Assembly (NCBI GenBank): GCA_964016885.1
Contig: OZ024744.1
Coordinates: 53,816,001-53,880,000 of the forward strand
DNA: 64,000 bases
DNA from: Eledone cirrhosa
Taxonomy: Eukaryota
Reading direction: 5' to 3'
Positions 1-14,703 of this stretch are shown in pieces. The notes beneath the pieces are model-generated. The model was not told where the DNA came from, ran no database searches, and saw only the letters and a program-made list of their open reading frames with translations. Each line of letters begins with the position of its first letter. Position 1 is the first letter of the stretch. Both the position numbers and the translations under genes were made by a program.

Positions 1-531
1 AGACTGGCAACCCCACCAAGGTTTCTTGGTGAGGAGGGTGACTTTGGACATCCTGCAGGACTAAAAACAAAACCTGTCAAAGGGCAATGGAGCTCTTAAG
101 AGAAAATGGCCATCCAAAATCACTGGGAGAGATGACCCATTAGCCTTTGGGAAGGCAGAATTCTAGGAGAAGAAAAACTCTGATATAACAACTGCAACTC
201 TGATGGTATCCAATGACGTTGACTTGTTCTTCTATTTGGTAAATATCATTTTGGTTAAGAGAGTGGGACTGGCTTTGTGCAGTGCTTTTGCTCACTATAA
301 AAGCTTCACAACACAGGCATTGCTTTATATCTGGAGATCTCTCTGCACTTGTCGTCACATGGTACCATGGGCCCAGCACTATGTGTCAATAATTGTCACA
401 AGTGTAGTGTTTGTACCAGAGTTTTCAAGTCGCTGGCTGGACTAAAAAGTCACATTCGTTCAGCACATCGGTAGGGGTTCTCCTACATGGATATAAAGTA
501 GTGGGCGTACTCGAAAACGAGTTGGCAGCCA

Positions 532-532
<1 letters not shown>
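1..532 (+). mobile_element. Non-autonomous RTE-clade derivative (5'UTR-like part joined to ORF C-terminus and 3'UTR); left end cut by window
   Basis: 397-474 reads HKCSVCTRVFKSLAGLKSHIRSAHR*, a C2H2 finger typical of RTE ORF ends. The short 3'UTR ends CTCGAAAACGAGTTGGCAGCCACC then (TA)n. Both halves are homologous to 57770-58072. Confidence 0.6.

Positions 533-610
<78 letters not shown>
532..610. repeat. (TA)n microsatellite
   Basis: Perfect TA run. Confidence 0.98.
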
Positions 611-2728
<2,118 letters not shown>

Positions 2729-2731
<3 letters not shown>

Positions 2732-3667
2732 AAAGAATTAATATATCTTGTAACATATATATACACAGATGCATACTTATGCTAGCAAATATATAGGTTT
2801 TGTCTTAGTAACTTTGTGGTTCAATGCATGCTGTCTTCTTAACAAACCACTCTTCACTGATTGACCGCGATGTCACGTGACTGATTCTTTTGAATTTGCC
2901 ACCGACGCAGTAGGCAGTGATTTTTTCAATGGCTTGGAATTTAGTCCACGCTTTGCTTTTCTCCATCCACTGAATTATTTTTGTATAAGTTCCCTGTGTC
3001 CACGTATTGCCTGGAAACTTACCTGAGAATAGACTTCCCGGATGACGAAAGGCTTCTCCGTACGTTTCTTCGGAAACTATGTTTATTCCCTTTCAGAAAC
3101 TAATTAGTTGGAGTGAAATTTTAGTAAGTAAGTTAATTTTATAATTTACTTATTTTACGTGTCTCATATTATTGTTCTGCATCCCCATGCATTGAACCAC
3201 AAAGTTACTAAGACAAAACCTATATATTTGCTAGCATAAGTGTATATATATGTTACAAGATATATGAATTCTTTATAATTATCTCCAAATTATTTTGTCG
3301 AGGAAAAATTGGCCAAAACTGCTACTATAGTAACGGTCCGGCTGCTGTCTTCTTAACAAACCACTCTTCACTGATTGACCTTGATGTCACGTGACTGATT
3401 CTTTTGAATTTGCCACCGACGCAGTAGGCAGTGATTTTTTCAATGGCTTGGAATTTATCCACGCTTTGCCTTTTTCCATCCACTGAATTATTTTTGTATA
3501 AATTCCCTGTGTCCACGTATTGCCTGGAAACTTACCTGAGAATAGACTTCCCAGATGACGAAAGGCTTCTCCGTACGTTTCTTCGGAAACTATGTTTATT
3601 CCCTTTCAGAAAATAATTAGTTGGAGTGAAATTTTAGTAAGTTAATTTTATAATTTTCTTATTTACG

Positions 3668-3677
<10 letters not shown>
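2729..3677 (+). mobile_element. Non-autonomous Penelope-type element: direct pLTR-like repeats plus 5' inversion
   Basis: Direct repeat 2829-3169 / 3343-3677; 2729-2830 is an inverted copy of 3186-3277; flanked by (TA)n; no ORF. Confidence 0.65.
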
Positions 3678-3724
<47 letters not shown>

Positions 3725-3737
3725 CATATATATATAT

Positions 3738-4299
3738 ACATATGGTAAGGTTTTGCGTATGCTTGTGTATGAACGTATCTGTTTGCGTGTATGTATTTAT
3801 TTGTTCCTATTACTTCTGTATTGTATTTATTTACTTTGTTCTTAACTCTGTAGCGGAGATTCATTCGGTCTCCTAGTTAGATTTTTAGTCTACGACTTCT
3901 GCTATACCATTTACGTGGTTTTGTCTTTGCACGCTATTGTTCTCCACGCTCCACATATGACTTATTATCTTCGTTTTTTCGTTCATTGCCAGAGAACGTC
4001 TCTATGCACCACTTAGAGAACATTAGTCTACGACCTCTTTTATACCATAAACGTGGTTCTGTCCTTGCACGTAATTGTTTTTCACCGCTCCTATTAATGA
4101 CGTATTATTCGTTTTTTCCCGTTCTTTGCCAGCGAACGTCACCATGAACCAAAGTATCGTCTTCCTGTCTTCCTCCGGTTGCAACGTTTTTTGAAATATC
4201 CAGTTCTGCGTTTACAGATTGACTTTGTTAGTTTCAGAAGATCCCGTTAAGGGTGAATGCAGCGATTCTTTGCTTAAACTTTAATCTGTTATTTTAATA

Positions 4300-4302
<3 letters not shown>
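3738..4302 (+). mobile_element. Non-coding TA-associated repeat (pLTR-like), copy 1 of 3
   Basis: Homologous to 46805-47376 and, inverted, to 45787-46251. Has an internal ~138-bp duplication (GTCTACGAC at 3888 and 4026) and a hammerhead-like fold at 4214-4289. Confidence 0.75.
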
Positions 4303-4500
<198 letters not shown>

Positions 4501-4508
4501 ACTTATAT

Positions 4509-4750
4509 TTAAGTAACAGCCGTACTAAGAGTGGGAAATGAAATTTCGTTTCATTTTTTCCGTTTATATATATATCCAAAATTAAGATAAATCAAAGTGA
4601 ATTTAATCTAAATCAAAATTATGGGTGTCATGCAAGAAAGGCATGCGCCATATCACCCGACTTCTTCCTTGTTAAAAATACAAGTATCGGCCTCCGTGGT
4701 TTACCATTCGATTAATTGGTGAAATATATTTCTTTAATGGTGTTACTTAA
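4509..4750. mobile_element. Possible MITE with short TIRs
   Basis: Ends TTAAGTAACA(gcc)...(gg)TGTTACTTAA: 10-bp perfect inverted ends including TTAA, imperfectly extendable. Confidence 0.4.
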
Positions 4751-4780
4751 CTCGACATAATAATTGACATAATAATGATA

Positions 4781-4834
4781 ATTGTTTCTACTTTGGGCTC
4801 AAGGCCGGCAATTATCCCAGTGCATAGGTGGTAC

Positions 4835-4835
<1 letters not shown>
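4781..4835 (-). mobile_element. 3' fragment of tRNA/Nin-domain SINE
   Basis: ATTGTTTCTACTTTGGGCTCAAGGCC..CCAGTGCAT..GGTACT matches 53281-53335 and 56774-56826. Confidence 0.7.

Positions 4836-4926
<91 letters not shown>
4836..4926. repeat. (AAT)n, left edge of retrotransposon colony
   Basis: About 30 AAT units. Confidence 0.98.
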
Positions 4927-6430
4927 GAGAGCTTGATCAAGAACAAACTTACAAATATCTAGGTGTTTGTGAAGGAGACGGAATCAAGCACTCGACAATG
5001 AGGGAAAGGATAAGGAAGGAATGTTACCGCAGAGTAAGAGCAATCTTAAGAACGGAATTGAATGCAAGGAATAGGATCGATGCCATAAACACGCTTGCCA
5101 TACCAGTAGTAACCTACAGTTACAATGTCATCAACTGGTCAAGCACAGAGATCCGTAGGCTCGATACAAAAATCCGAAAATTCTTAACCATGCACAGAAT
5201 GCATCACCCTAAGGCAGACATAGATAGAATATATCTCCCTAGGAAAGAAGGAGGACGTGGGTTAATCCAGTTAGACATTGCGTTGAAAACTGCAACAATT
5301 GGATTATCCACATATCTAAGGGAATCACATGATTGGATGATCAAACTCGTTTTGAAACACGAAAGCACCAAAAGATCATATTCCATTACAAAAGATGCAC
5401 AAAGATACAGTAATGGACTACAAATTTCAGAAGTCCCATTTACTGCTGAAATGGAAAACACAGAAAAAGCAAAGCAGGTAAAAGTAACTGCAAAGAAAGA
5501 ACTGCTACAGAAACTGGCTAAGAAATGGCAAGAAAAGCCTCTGTATGGAAAATACCCAGAGCGAGCTAACAATCCTGATGTTGACAAAACTTTAACCCAT
5601 CAGTGGTTGGCATCCTCTGGACTGAAATCGGAGACTGAAGGACTGATTATATCCGCACAAGATCAGTGTCTGCCAACAAAAAATTACCAAGCCAACATAA
5701 TAAAAAATGGGTGCAGCCCATTATGCCGTGTATGTAAAAAACAACCAGAGACCATTGACCATATAATTTCAATGTGCAGTCCTATAGCTCCAACCGAATA
5801 CCTAAACAGGCATGACAGAGCTGCACAATACATACATTGGATAATGTGCAAGCATTTTGACCTGCCCCATCAAAAGAATTGGTGGGAGCATCAACCACCT
5901 CCCATACTTGAAAAAGATCACATCTCAATCTTGTGGAACTTTAGCATCCAAACAGACCGAAAAATAGATGCAAATAGACCTGATATAATATTGAAGGACT
6001 TTCAAAGGAGGGTATGCCTGCTAATTGATATGTCTGTTCCAATAGACAAGAATGTATCTATAAAAACATTTGAAAAATTGAGCAAGTATAAGGACCTGGA
6101 GATAGAAATTGGAAAAATGTGGAAATTGAGAACTAAAACAATACCAGTGGTTGTAGGCGCTCTGGGAATGATACCTAAGAGGTCTAACGACTACTTATCG
6201 CAAATCCCAGGAAACCCGCGTATAGGAGAAATACAAAAGATAGTACTAATGGGAACTGCCCATATACTAAGGAAGATTCTGTCAATATAAGTACATCACA
6301 AGTCTAAACATTAAGGATGCATGTGTGAATATGTGTGTTCTTTCTTGAACATGGCGGACCTTGTTGTCTCTTGAGGTCACTGGTTGTGACTTGGTGATAA
6401 CTCGTATAAACATAAAGCAAGATAAATGCA

Positions 6431-6431
<1 letters not shown>
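4927..6431 (+). mobile_element. R4/Dong-clade RLE non-LTR retrotransposon, family A, 5'-truncated
   Basis: Open frame to stop at 6290: YKYLG, GGRGL, SAQDQ, CCHC CRVC..HIISMC, RHD, NRPDII..IDMSVP..KLSKYKDL (PD-D/ExK nuclease). 3'UTR is followed by (AAT)n. Confidence 0.92.
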
Positions 6432-6468
<37 letters not shown>

Positions 6469-6470
<2 letters not shown>

Positions 6471-6813
6471 TGGATGTGGCCTGCCCGTTCGACACGAGAG
6501 TGCAAGAGAAGGAGAGGGAGAAAATTAACCGATACCAGGACCTAAAGTGGGAGGTAAAAAGGATTTGGAACTGCCATGAAGTCAAAGTGATCCCGATTGT
6601 CATAGGCGCACTGGGGACTATCTCCAAAAGTTTCCAGGGATGGTTAAAGAAAATCGGCCCCTTCACGCTTTTTGGAACGCTTCAAAAGGCATGCTTGCTT
6701 GGAACAGCAAGAACCCTCCGATACGTCCTGAATATCTGAGGCTGTAGGTAGTGGCTTGATATTCAATCCAACGGACTTTCCAGTTAAACAACATCAATGA
6801 CTGAGATTCAAGG
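6469..6813 (+). mobile_element. R4/Dong family B, 345-bp 3' fragment
   Basis: Near-identical to 26860-27204; ends GATTCAAGG + AATAAC(AAC)n(AAT)n. Confidence 0.93.
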
Positions 6814-6828
6814 AATAACAACAACAAC

Positions 6829-6866
<38 letters not shown>

Positions 6867-7117
6867 TTTCATTTATTGGCCACAAGGGCCGACATATAGG
6901 GGACAACACAATAGACAGGGACAGTGGGGGTTTACATAGAGATCGAGTAAGTATAAATAACAAAAAAACAAAATAACAATAAAAATACAACAATGAAAGT
7001 TCCCCAATAAGAGGGATCACCACCCAGGGTTGACTCAAGCACCCCACCAGTCCTGAGCCACCCGACGCTCCTAGGGCACCCGGGAAGGGCACCCCTCTCC
7101 TTCTCGAATTCACCAGC

Positions 7118-10100
7118 CTACAGGCGCATGATCAGAGTAGGCCCACTCACGCGGGCCATTCTCGCCATATTCACCCACCTTTCAGTAAATGTACTGGGGG
7201 ACAGCACTTCTCTCTCCACCCTCACCTTCCTTTCCAAGTGAAACTTGAAGAAGTTGATGAGGGATTGGCCGAAGAGAAAAGTGTCTGTCTTCAGTCCTTT
7301 CAACCTGGTCCACCATGCAACCTCTTTCGCTACTGCCACCAGGCAGAGGAAAATTGCCTGCCCTTCCTGACTAAAAGAAGGCGGCGGGTCAATCTTCACT
7401 ATGGACTCGGACGATAGCCGGATCCGTTCTACACGCGACAATAGCTGTTCGACATAACCCCACAAGTCAGCAATGCACGGACACTGGACGAGTGCGTGCA
7501 GAACGGTTTCGTCGCTCTGCGCGCATCTCGGGCAGGTTCGTCTGACAGCACTTCCGTGCCTGTAGAGTTTATCCCGAACCGGCAGCGCCCCCCGGTAGCA
7601 CTGCCAAGCGAGGGATTTCTGGAAGTTATCCATCGTCCCCGGCTCGAAAGTCCTCCGGAACATACTGGTCAGTTCTACTTCGTTGACGCCTAGAACCTCT
7701 CCTAGTACGTCATCGTACTTGCCCTCCACTAATCCTCTATAGAAATCTTGAGTGGAAGTTCCACTGACCGCATTGCCCACCTTGCAGAGTGCAGTGAGCG
7801 CCTGGCAACATTCCAGATGCCAGTCGCCCAGTCTCGGTCTCTTCTTGACCCAGGACTGCAGCTCAGTCAAAGAGATGAGCTGCGGAAAGGCCCGTCTAAC
7901 AAACGGCGACCACACCTGTTCACCGTTTAGGCAAAATATCTGGAGATGTCGCAGCCTCAGCGCATGTCTGCGCATCATTAGCCACGGCATGCCCAGCCCT
8001 CCACGAAGAGGGTGCTGGCAGCAGATGGACCGCCTCACCAACGGGACCCGTCCCCTCCACAAAAATTTGAAAAGGAGCCGTTCCAAATTGGCGAGGCGTG
8101 GACGGGGGCAAGGCACGACGGTCAGGCGGTAGTAGATGACGGACGCGATGTACGCGTTCGCCACCTCCGCCCGCCCTTTCAGTGATAGCTTTCTCTCAGC
8201 CCATTTCTGGGTGAGGTTGGCTATCCTGCTCGTCACCTCGTCCCAATTCTTATCCACCTGGAGGTCTGGTCCGAACCAAACCCCGAGCAACTTTACCGGT
8301 CCGTCTGTCCAGCGCCCAACGACGCTGTTGGACGGCATGGACTTGCCTCTCCAGGTGCCGAGCTGCAAGCCCACCGACTTTTCCGGGTTAAGTTTTGCTC
8401 CCGTCAACCTTTCATATTCCTCCAAATGGGTGCGGATCACCTCGATTTCCGAGGTGTCCGACACCATCACGGTGATGTCGTCCGCATAAGCGGACGCAGC
8501 CTTTCTGCGTCCCGGTTCGAGCGGGATGCCCTGCAACAACTCCAGCTTCCGCAGTAGAGGCTCAAGAGTCAATACGTACAGAAGTGAGGAGAGAGGGCAC
8601 CCTTGACGGACCGATCGAGAGATCTGAAACGGTTCCGAGAGGTGGCCATTAACTTTGACCACCGAGCAGATGCCGCTGTACATTGCAGCGATCCAGCTTC
8701 TGAAGACGGGGCCGAAGCCAGCCGCCTCGAGGACAGCCTCCAAGTACCGATGGTCGACCCTATCGAATGCTTTCGATTGATCTAAATTGATCAGAGCCCC
8801 ACCGAAGCCAGGTTTGCACCCAACCCTCTCTATGATGTATCGCATGAGGTGGAGGTTGTCGTGTATGGACCTGGTCGGGATTGCGCAAGTTTGCGCCTCC
8901 CCAACCAAATCTTTGACGACAAGCGCCAACCTTTTCGCTAACACCTTGGCCAAAATCTTAAACTCTGTGTTGAGCAGGGTTATGGGCCTGAAATTATCTA
9001 GTGTGTCCCTCTTGTTCTCGTCTTTCCTTATCAGCGTCACTACGCCACGGCTCACAGAACTGGGAATGCTCCCGTTCTGCTGCCAGTTGCAGTAGAGCGC
9101 TTCGAGGAGATCGGAGAACAAGTCTGGCATATTTACGTAAAGCTCGTAGGGCAGACCATCCAAACCGGGTGACTTGCGACTCGAGCAGCCGACAAGGGCG
9201 TCCTGAATTTCGACTGATGTTATCGGCTCTTCGCAGCGCTCAGCGTCGGCCGTCGAGAGGCGTGGCAAGCCGTCGAGGTAGGGACTGAAGTCCGCCGCCG
9301 TCTCCGACTCACCCATCCTCCCGAACAATCGAGCAAAGTGCTGGCGAAAGGCCTCACACATCTGCTTGGAATCGCTCAGTTCGTGTCCATCTCGATCCGT
9401 CAAAGACCGAATTGTGGTTTTATTTCCACGCTGCGTCTCTGCAAAGCGAGCCCATCGGGCAGCTTTGGTTCCCTCGTTCCTCAGAGCACGCGCCTTAGCT
9501 CTGACAATGCAACCTTCGTGTTTCGCATTGAAGAAATGGTCTAGTGCCATTCTCGCCGCTAGCACGTCTGTTGCAATGCCACTACAAATAGCCTCGTCTA
9601 ACTTAGCTATCAGCCCCTCCTCCTTTCTATTTTTCTCTATTGCTACTTCTTTGCTAAATCCTATCGAGGTTGCTCTAATCTCTCTTTTGAGTGCCCCCCA
9701 CCACCTGTTGTTGACAACCCCCCCCTGTCAACTTTTGCTTAACTAAGTTGTTGACCCGGTCCCTGTAAGCTTTACGTGCCGGAAACGACATGTTTAGCTT
9801 CCAGTAGCTAGGTCCTAACCTACGTGTCTTATCTAGGTCGACCATACAGATCACAAGCTTGTGATCTGAATAGGCAACCGTTTTAAAATGTGGACATCCT
9901 ACACTATTTCTATCTCTTTTCCTAATGAAAATCCTATCTATGTACGATCTAGATGACCCTATGCGATTGGTCCAGGTCCATACCGGTGCATTAGGGAAAT
10001 CTAGTCGGTACCTGTCAGACAGTTGAAACTGGCTGATCAGGTACTTGAGGCTTTTGCACCCCCCGCTCCTATCAGATACTCCCACACAATCCCAGCGTGC

Positions 10101-10538
10101 TTCTAAGATGCCATTCCAATCCCCTATTAACAGTAAAGGGCGAGACGTAAGCAGAAAGTTTTCCAGGCGCCTAAAGAAGTCCGGCCGACCGGCCCCAGTA
10201 GGGGCGTAGACGGCCACCAGTCTAAAGGCACCACCTTCGCTATTGCTCACGTCCAGGACCACCAACTTTCCGTCAGGATCCCGGAAGATTGACCTTACCT
10301 CGAGATCCAGACATTTCCTAAACAGCACAGCCACTCCACCTCCCATTCCCGGCCGACTAACAGATGCAAAGATCTGATAATCGTCGAAAATCGGCGCCAG
10401 TGCGCGTGTGTCGGAAATTCTGGTCTCGCTGATGGCAATTACATCCATTCCTAGTGACCTGAGGTCGTTGAGCAAGTGACCTTGCTTCCAGGGCGACCCC
10501 AGGCCACGAACATTTAAACTTCCTACTCTTATGGCCAT
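7118..10538 (-). pseudogene. Tx1-1 ORF2 (APE endonuclease + RT + CCHC), one frameshift
   Basis: GSLNVRG, YAP, GDWN, YSDH; PGLDG, RPITLLN, DQSKAFD, QGCPLS, YADD; CPRC..HALVQC. Single +1 shift in the C8 run at 9718-9725, no stops otherwise. Confidence 0.92.
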
Positions 10539-10567
10539 GCTGGCAGGATGAATGGGAGAGGAAAGAT

Positions 10568-12476
10568 TTACTTACCTTCCGGGGTCTTGTGAAGGTCGGG
10601 TGGTTCGACCTCCATGGTTTGTGGGGTTTCTTTTGGGAACCCCTTTAATAGTCTTGACGTGGGTTTTACGTTCGGGGTTCCCACATCCCGAGGAAAGCTC
10701 TTTCGAATTTCTTTGTATGAAGCGAGCGACATTCGCATCAGAAGCAAATTATCTGGTACGCGAAATGTGCTCGCTTCAAATGTTTCCCCGTCTTTTTCGA
10801 TGTTTGTGCTTCGTGCTACATGGGCCATCAATTCCTTGTTGGCCCTTCTGGCAAGCACGAAGTTTTTAATGTTTTGTTGCTCGGGTTTTATTTGTTCGTG
10901 TGATTGTGGTGGTGATAGCTTTGTTAGTGTTGTTTCTATTGTGTCTGCGTTTGTTTTGGGTGGGGTGTCTGTAGTTTCTGATGTTTGTGTGTCTATTGGT
11001 TCTTGTGTCTGTCTAGCTTGTTTGCGTTTGGGGGATTTTGGTGGTTGTGTTGGTGATGCTGCGGGGAAAATGTTTGTGTGGGTGGTGTGTGTATTTTCTT
11101 TTGTGGGGGTGTTTGTGCTTTGTGGATTTCTTTTTTTTTTGTGTTTTGTTTTTTGTATTTTGGGGGACTTTGGTTTTCCCTCATCTTCACTGCTGGAGGA
11201 TGAGGGGTCTGTGGCTGTGAGCGTGTTTGTGTCTGAGTGAGTGTTTATGTTCTTGTTCGTGTGTGTATTTTGGGGGGGGGGGAATGGGAGAGCTTTCCTC
11301 GTTTCCCCCCTGGGTGTGCAATTTTGGTGGTTCCATTGTTGACGGTGTTGCTGGTGGTCCTTGTCCCGGCGTCGCCAGCAGTGGAATCTTTCGACCCCTT
11401 GCGCTTTTCGGCAGTTGAGGGCAGAAGGCTCGCAAGTGTGTCGTTTCCCCACAAAGGAAACAATGCGGCGTTTTGCCCTCAGTCATTATATGCAACACCC
11501 TCCCGTTTTGGAGGCGGATGTGGTCCGGGATTGCTTTTACGTTTTCGGGTCTGATTTGGAGCAGTATCTCCAGATCAACCCCGGACCAGTCGTCCCTGGC
11601 AGTTCTCGTTGCCTCTACCGGGACTGTATCCGTTCCTTCCACGATTACGCAACCCAGGAGCCACCACATATCAAGTCCTGGTGGAATCCTGGGAATGCGC
11701 ACACGTGCTATTCGTTTTCCCATGTGGGAGGGGTACATTATGACCTTGCTGGTTTTGCAAGGGGTCATTGAATGCTTCACAGCGAGGGCTTCAGACTTGA
11801 ACAGCACCGAAACGGTGCCGTATTGCCTGCCCCTCTCTATGAAGTCTGTGTCCTCTCTGATGTATTTCAGTGCGGCTTCTATATCAGCTTGCGCGATTAT
11901 CGCTGCCCTCTTTGTCTCTACTGAGATGCATCTGAAATGCACCGTTCTTTTTTCCACTGCCTCAATGGCTTCTGCCGGGACAGTTAAGTTTGCCCAGGTC
12001 TGCTCTTGATTTATGATTTTCCAGGCCTGGGCCAACTTTTCCTCTCTGTTGGTTAAGTCGATGCTGTAGCATGGTCTCCTTTTAGCCGCTGCCACAGCAG
12101 CGAAGGTGTTCTTGTTGGTGTTGTCACTGTTGTTGTTATTGTTGGTGTTGCTGCTGCTATTGTTGTTGTTGTTCTCCCCTGTGTCGTGGTTACCCTCTGT
12201 GCTGTTGGCCTTGTTGGTGCTGTTGCTGTCGCTACTATTACTCTCTGTGCTGTTCGTTTTGTTGGTGCTCTCGCTATTACCACCTTCTGCGCTGTTCGGC
12301 TTGTTGGTGTTGGTGTTGTCGCTGTTACCACCTTCCGCGCCGCTCGGCCCGTTGGTGCTGGCACTGTCGCTGCTCACATTCGTGCTGGTGGCGCTCCTCG
12401 CCTCACCTCTCCTCTCAACGCTCAAGTCGCCGTTGCACGACAGCAGACCCGCCTCTAGGGGGCGTGGCTCCGCCAT
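10568..12476 (-). pseudogene. Tx1-1 ORF1 (gag-like zinc knuckle), one frameshift
   Basis: CFLCGETTHLRAFC; Ser/Asn-rich N-terminus; frame switch in the G12 run at 11271-11282; homologous to ORF1 at 19373-21466. Confidence 0.88.
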
Positions 12477-12713
12477 GTTTTTTTGAGAAAAAAATTATTA
12501 TTTTTTCCAAAATAAAGTTCAAATATTTGGGCCAAAAGGCCCAAATATTATGAGTTATTCCTTCACAGGATACAAATGAATGTCTTATAATGCTTCAGCG
12601 GTACAAAAAATAAACAATTCTCTACAATTAATCCTCAAAAAATTGCTTACTCACGGAGCTTCAAAAAACGTACATCCACTTTCGTCAATAATAATAATAA
12701 TAATAATAATAAT

Positions 12714-14671
12714 CTCCTCCACATAAACAACTTGTTACCGGACGAACAGAAAGGATGCCGAAAGAAATCCCGTGGTACAAAGGACCAGTTACTTATTGAT
12801 AAGATGGTAATGAGGAATTGCAGAAGGAGACACACTGGTCTTGCCATAGGATGGATAGACAAAAAAAAAGGCATTCGACATGGTACCTCATTCTTGGATA
12901 ACCGAATGCCTAGAGATCTTCAGGGTGGCAGATAACATCAGACAGTTGTTGGGCAAAAGTATGAAGTATGGGAAACAGAGTTAACATCTGGTGGAGAATC
13001 CTTGGGAAGCGTGAAGATCAAGAGAGGTATCTTCCAGGGAGATAGTTTGTCCCGTCTGTTGTTTCTCCTTGCCCTGATCCCCCTGACCATTGTACTGCGA
13101 AAAGTGAGAGCAGCATACAAGTTGTGAAAGGGAGAGCTTACCGTCAATCACCTCCTCTTCATGGACGATCTTAAGCTCTTCGGGAAGAGTGAGAAGGATT
13201 TGGATGTGCTTGTTGACACTGTCCGTATTATCAGCAATGATATATGTATGCAATTTGGTATTAGTAAGTGTGGAGTGCTAGTGAGGAAGAGGGCTAAATT
13301 GAGCAGAAGCAACGGAATCCAGGTACCAACAGGTGAGATGATAAAGGAAATTGACACTGAAGAATGATACAAATATTTAGGTGTTCTGGAGGCTGATGAC
13401 ATCAAGAACAAAAAAATGAAGGAATTGATAAGATCTGAATATATTCGGAGAGTAAGGAGCGTATTAAAGTCACATCTGAACAGTAGGAATGCCATAAGTG
13501 CAGTAAATTCCCGAGCTGTGTCTATTATTAGGTACAGTGCGGGAATTCTGAGATGGAATGTTGCTGAACAAAAAGAAATGGATAGGAAGACTAGGAAGCT
13601 ATTGACTATCTACAACATGTTCCACAAAAGGAGTAATGTCGATAGACTCTACTTAAGGAGATCTGAAGGTGGAAGAGGTCTTATCAGAAATAGAGGACTG
13701 TGTTGAGATGGAGAAAAACAGCCTACACAAATACGTGACTGATAGTAGGGAGCCAATGCTCAGAATTGTACTGAAGGAGAGGACAATGGACCAGGGGATG
13801 TCCAAGGAGGAAATAACAACAAGGAGAAAGAGCAACCTTCATGAAAAATCCCTTCATAGTGCCTTCTTTGAGAAAACAGAATTTAGAGATCCACAGACTT
13901 GGAACTGGTTGAAAAGAGGAGACCTTAAAAATGCTACAGAAGGAATGCTAATGGCTGCGCAAGAGCAGGCCCTCAAAACGAAGTGTCAGAAACACCATAT
14001 TTACAAGGAGGAGGCTAGCCCACTGTGTAGGATCTATGGAGAGAGAGGGGAGACTGTGGCTCACATTGTATCCGAATGTAAACACCTAGCCCAGATGGGC
14101 TATAAGGGCTGGAGACATGATGTGATGGACAGGGTGATCCACTGGCACCTATGCAAAGTAAGCAAATTACCATATTCTGAGTAGTGGTATGAGCATAAGC
14201 CAGAGTCGGTGATGGAAAACGATTAGGTGAAGGTGCTGTGGGATTTAGGATACAGACGGACAAGAACCTGGAACAAAATAGACCTGACCTAGTGGTTTGG
14301 GACAAGGAAAAAAGATCGTCCCTGATTGTGGATGTGGCCTGCTCATTCGACACGAAAGTGCAAGAGAAGGAGAGGGAGAAAATTAACCGATACCAGGACA
14401 TGAAGTGGGAGGTAAAAAGGATTTGGAACTGCCCTGAGGTCAAAGTGGTCCCGATTGTCATAGGCGCACTAGGTACTATCTCAAAGAGTTTCCAAGGATG
14501 GTTAAAGAAAATTGGTCCCGCCCCGCTTTTTGGAACACTTCAAAGGGCATGCTTGCTGGGAACAGCAAGAACCATCCGATACGTCCTGAATATCTGAGGT
14601 TGGAGGTAGTGGCTTGATATTAATTTCAACAAACTCTCCATTTAACTAACATAAATGACTGAGACTCAAAG
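12714..14671 (+). mobile_element. R4/Dong family B diverged copy, 5'-truncated, decayed
   Basis: EQKGCR, GIFQGD, MDDLKL, AQEQAL, NRPDLVV with several stops and frameshifts; AAT/AAC flanks. Confidence 0.92.
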
Positions 14672-14703
14672 AACAACAATAATAATAATAATAATAATAA
14701 TAA

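Larger units (their letters stand above)
6865..12686 (-). mobile_element. Full-length L1/Tx1-clade non-LTR retrotransposon (Tx1-1) inserted in (ATT)n
   Basis: 5'UTR, ORF1, ORF2 and 3'UTR ending AATAAATGAAATC; AAT repeats abut both ends. Confidence 0.95.

Noticed and set aside
4782-4926. N-terminus of the 502-aa ORF with poly-Ile
   Set aside because: Read-through of a SINE fragment and (ATA)n into a 5'-truncated element
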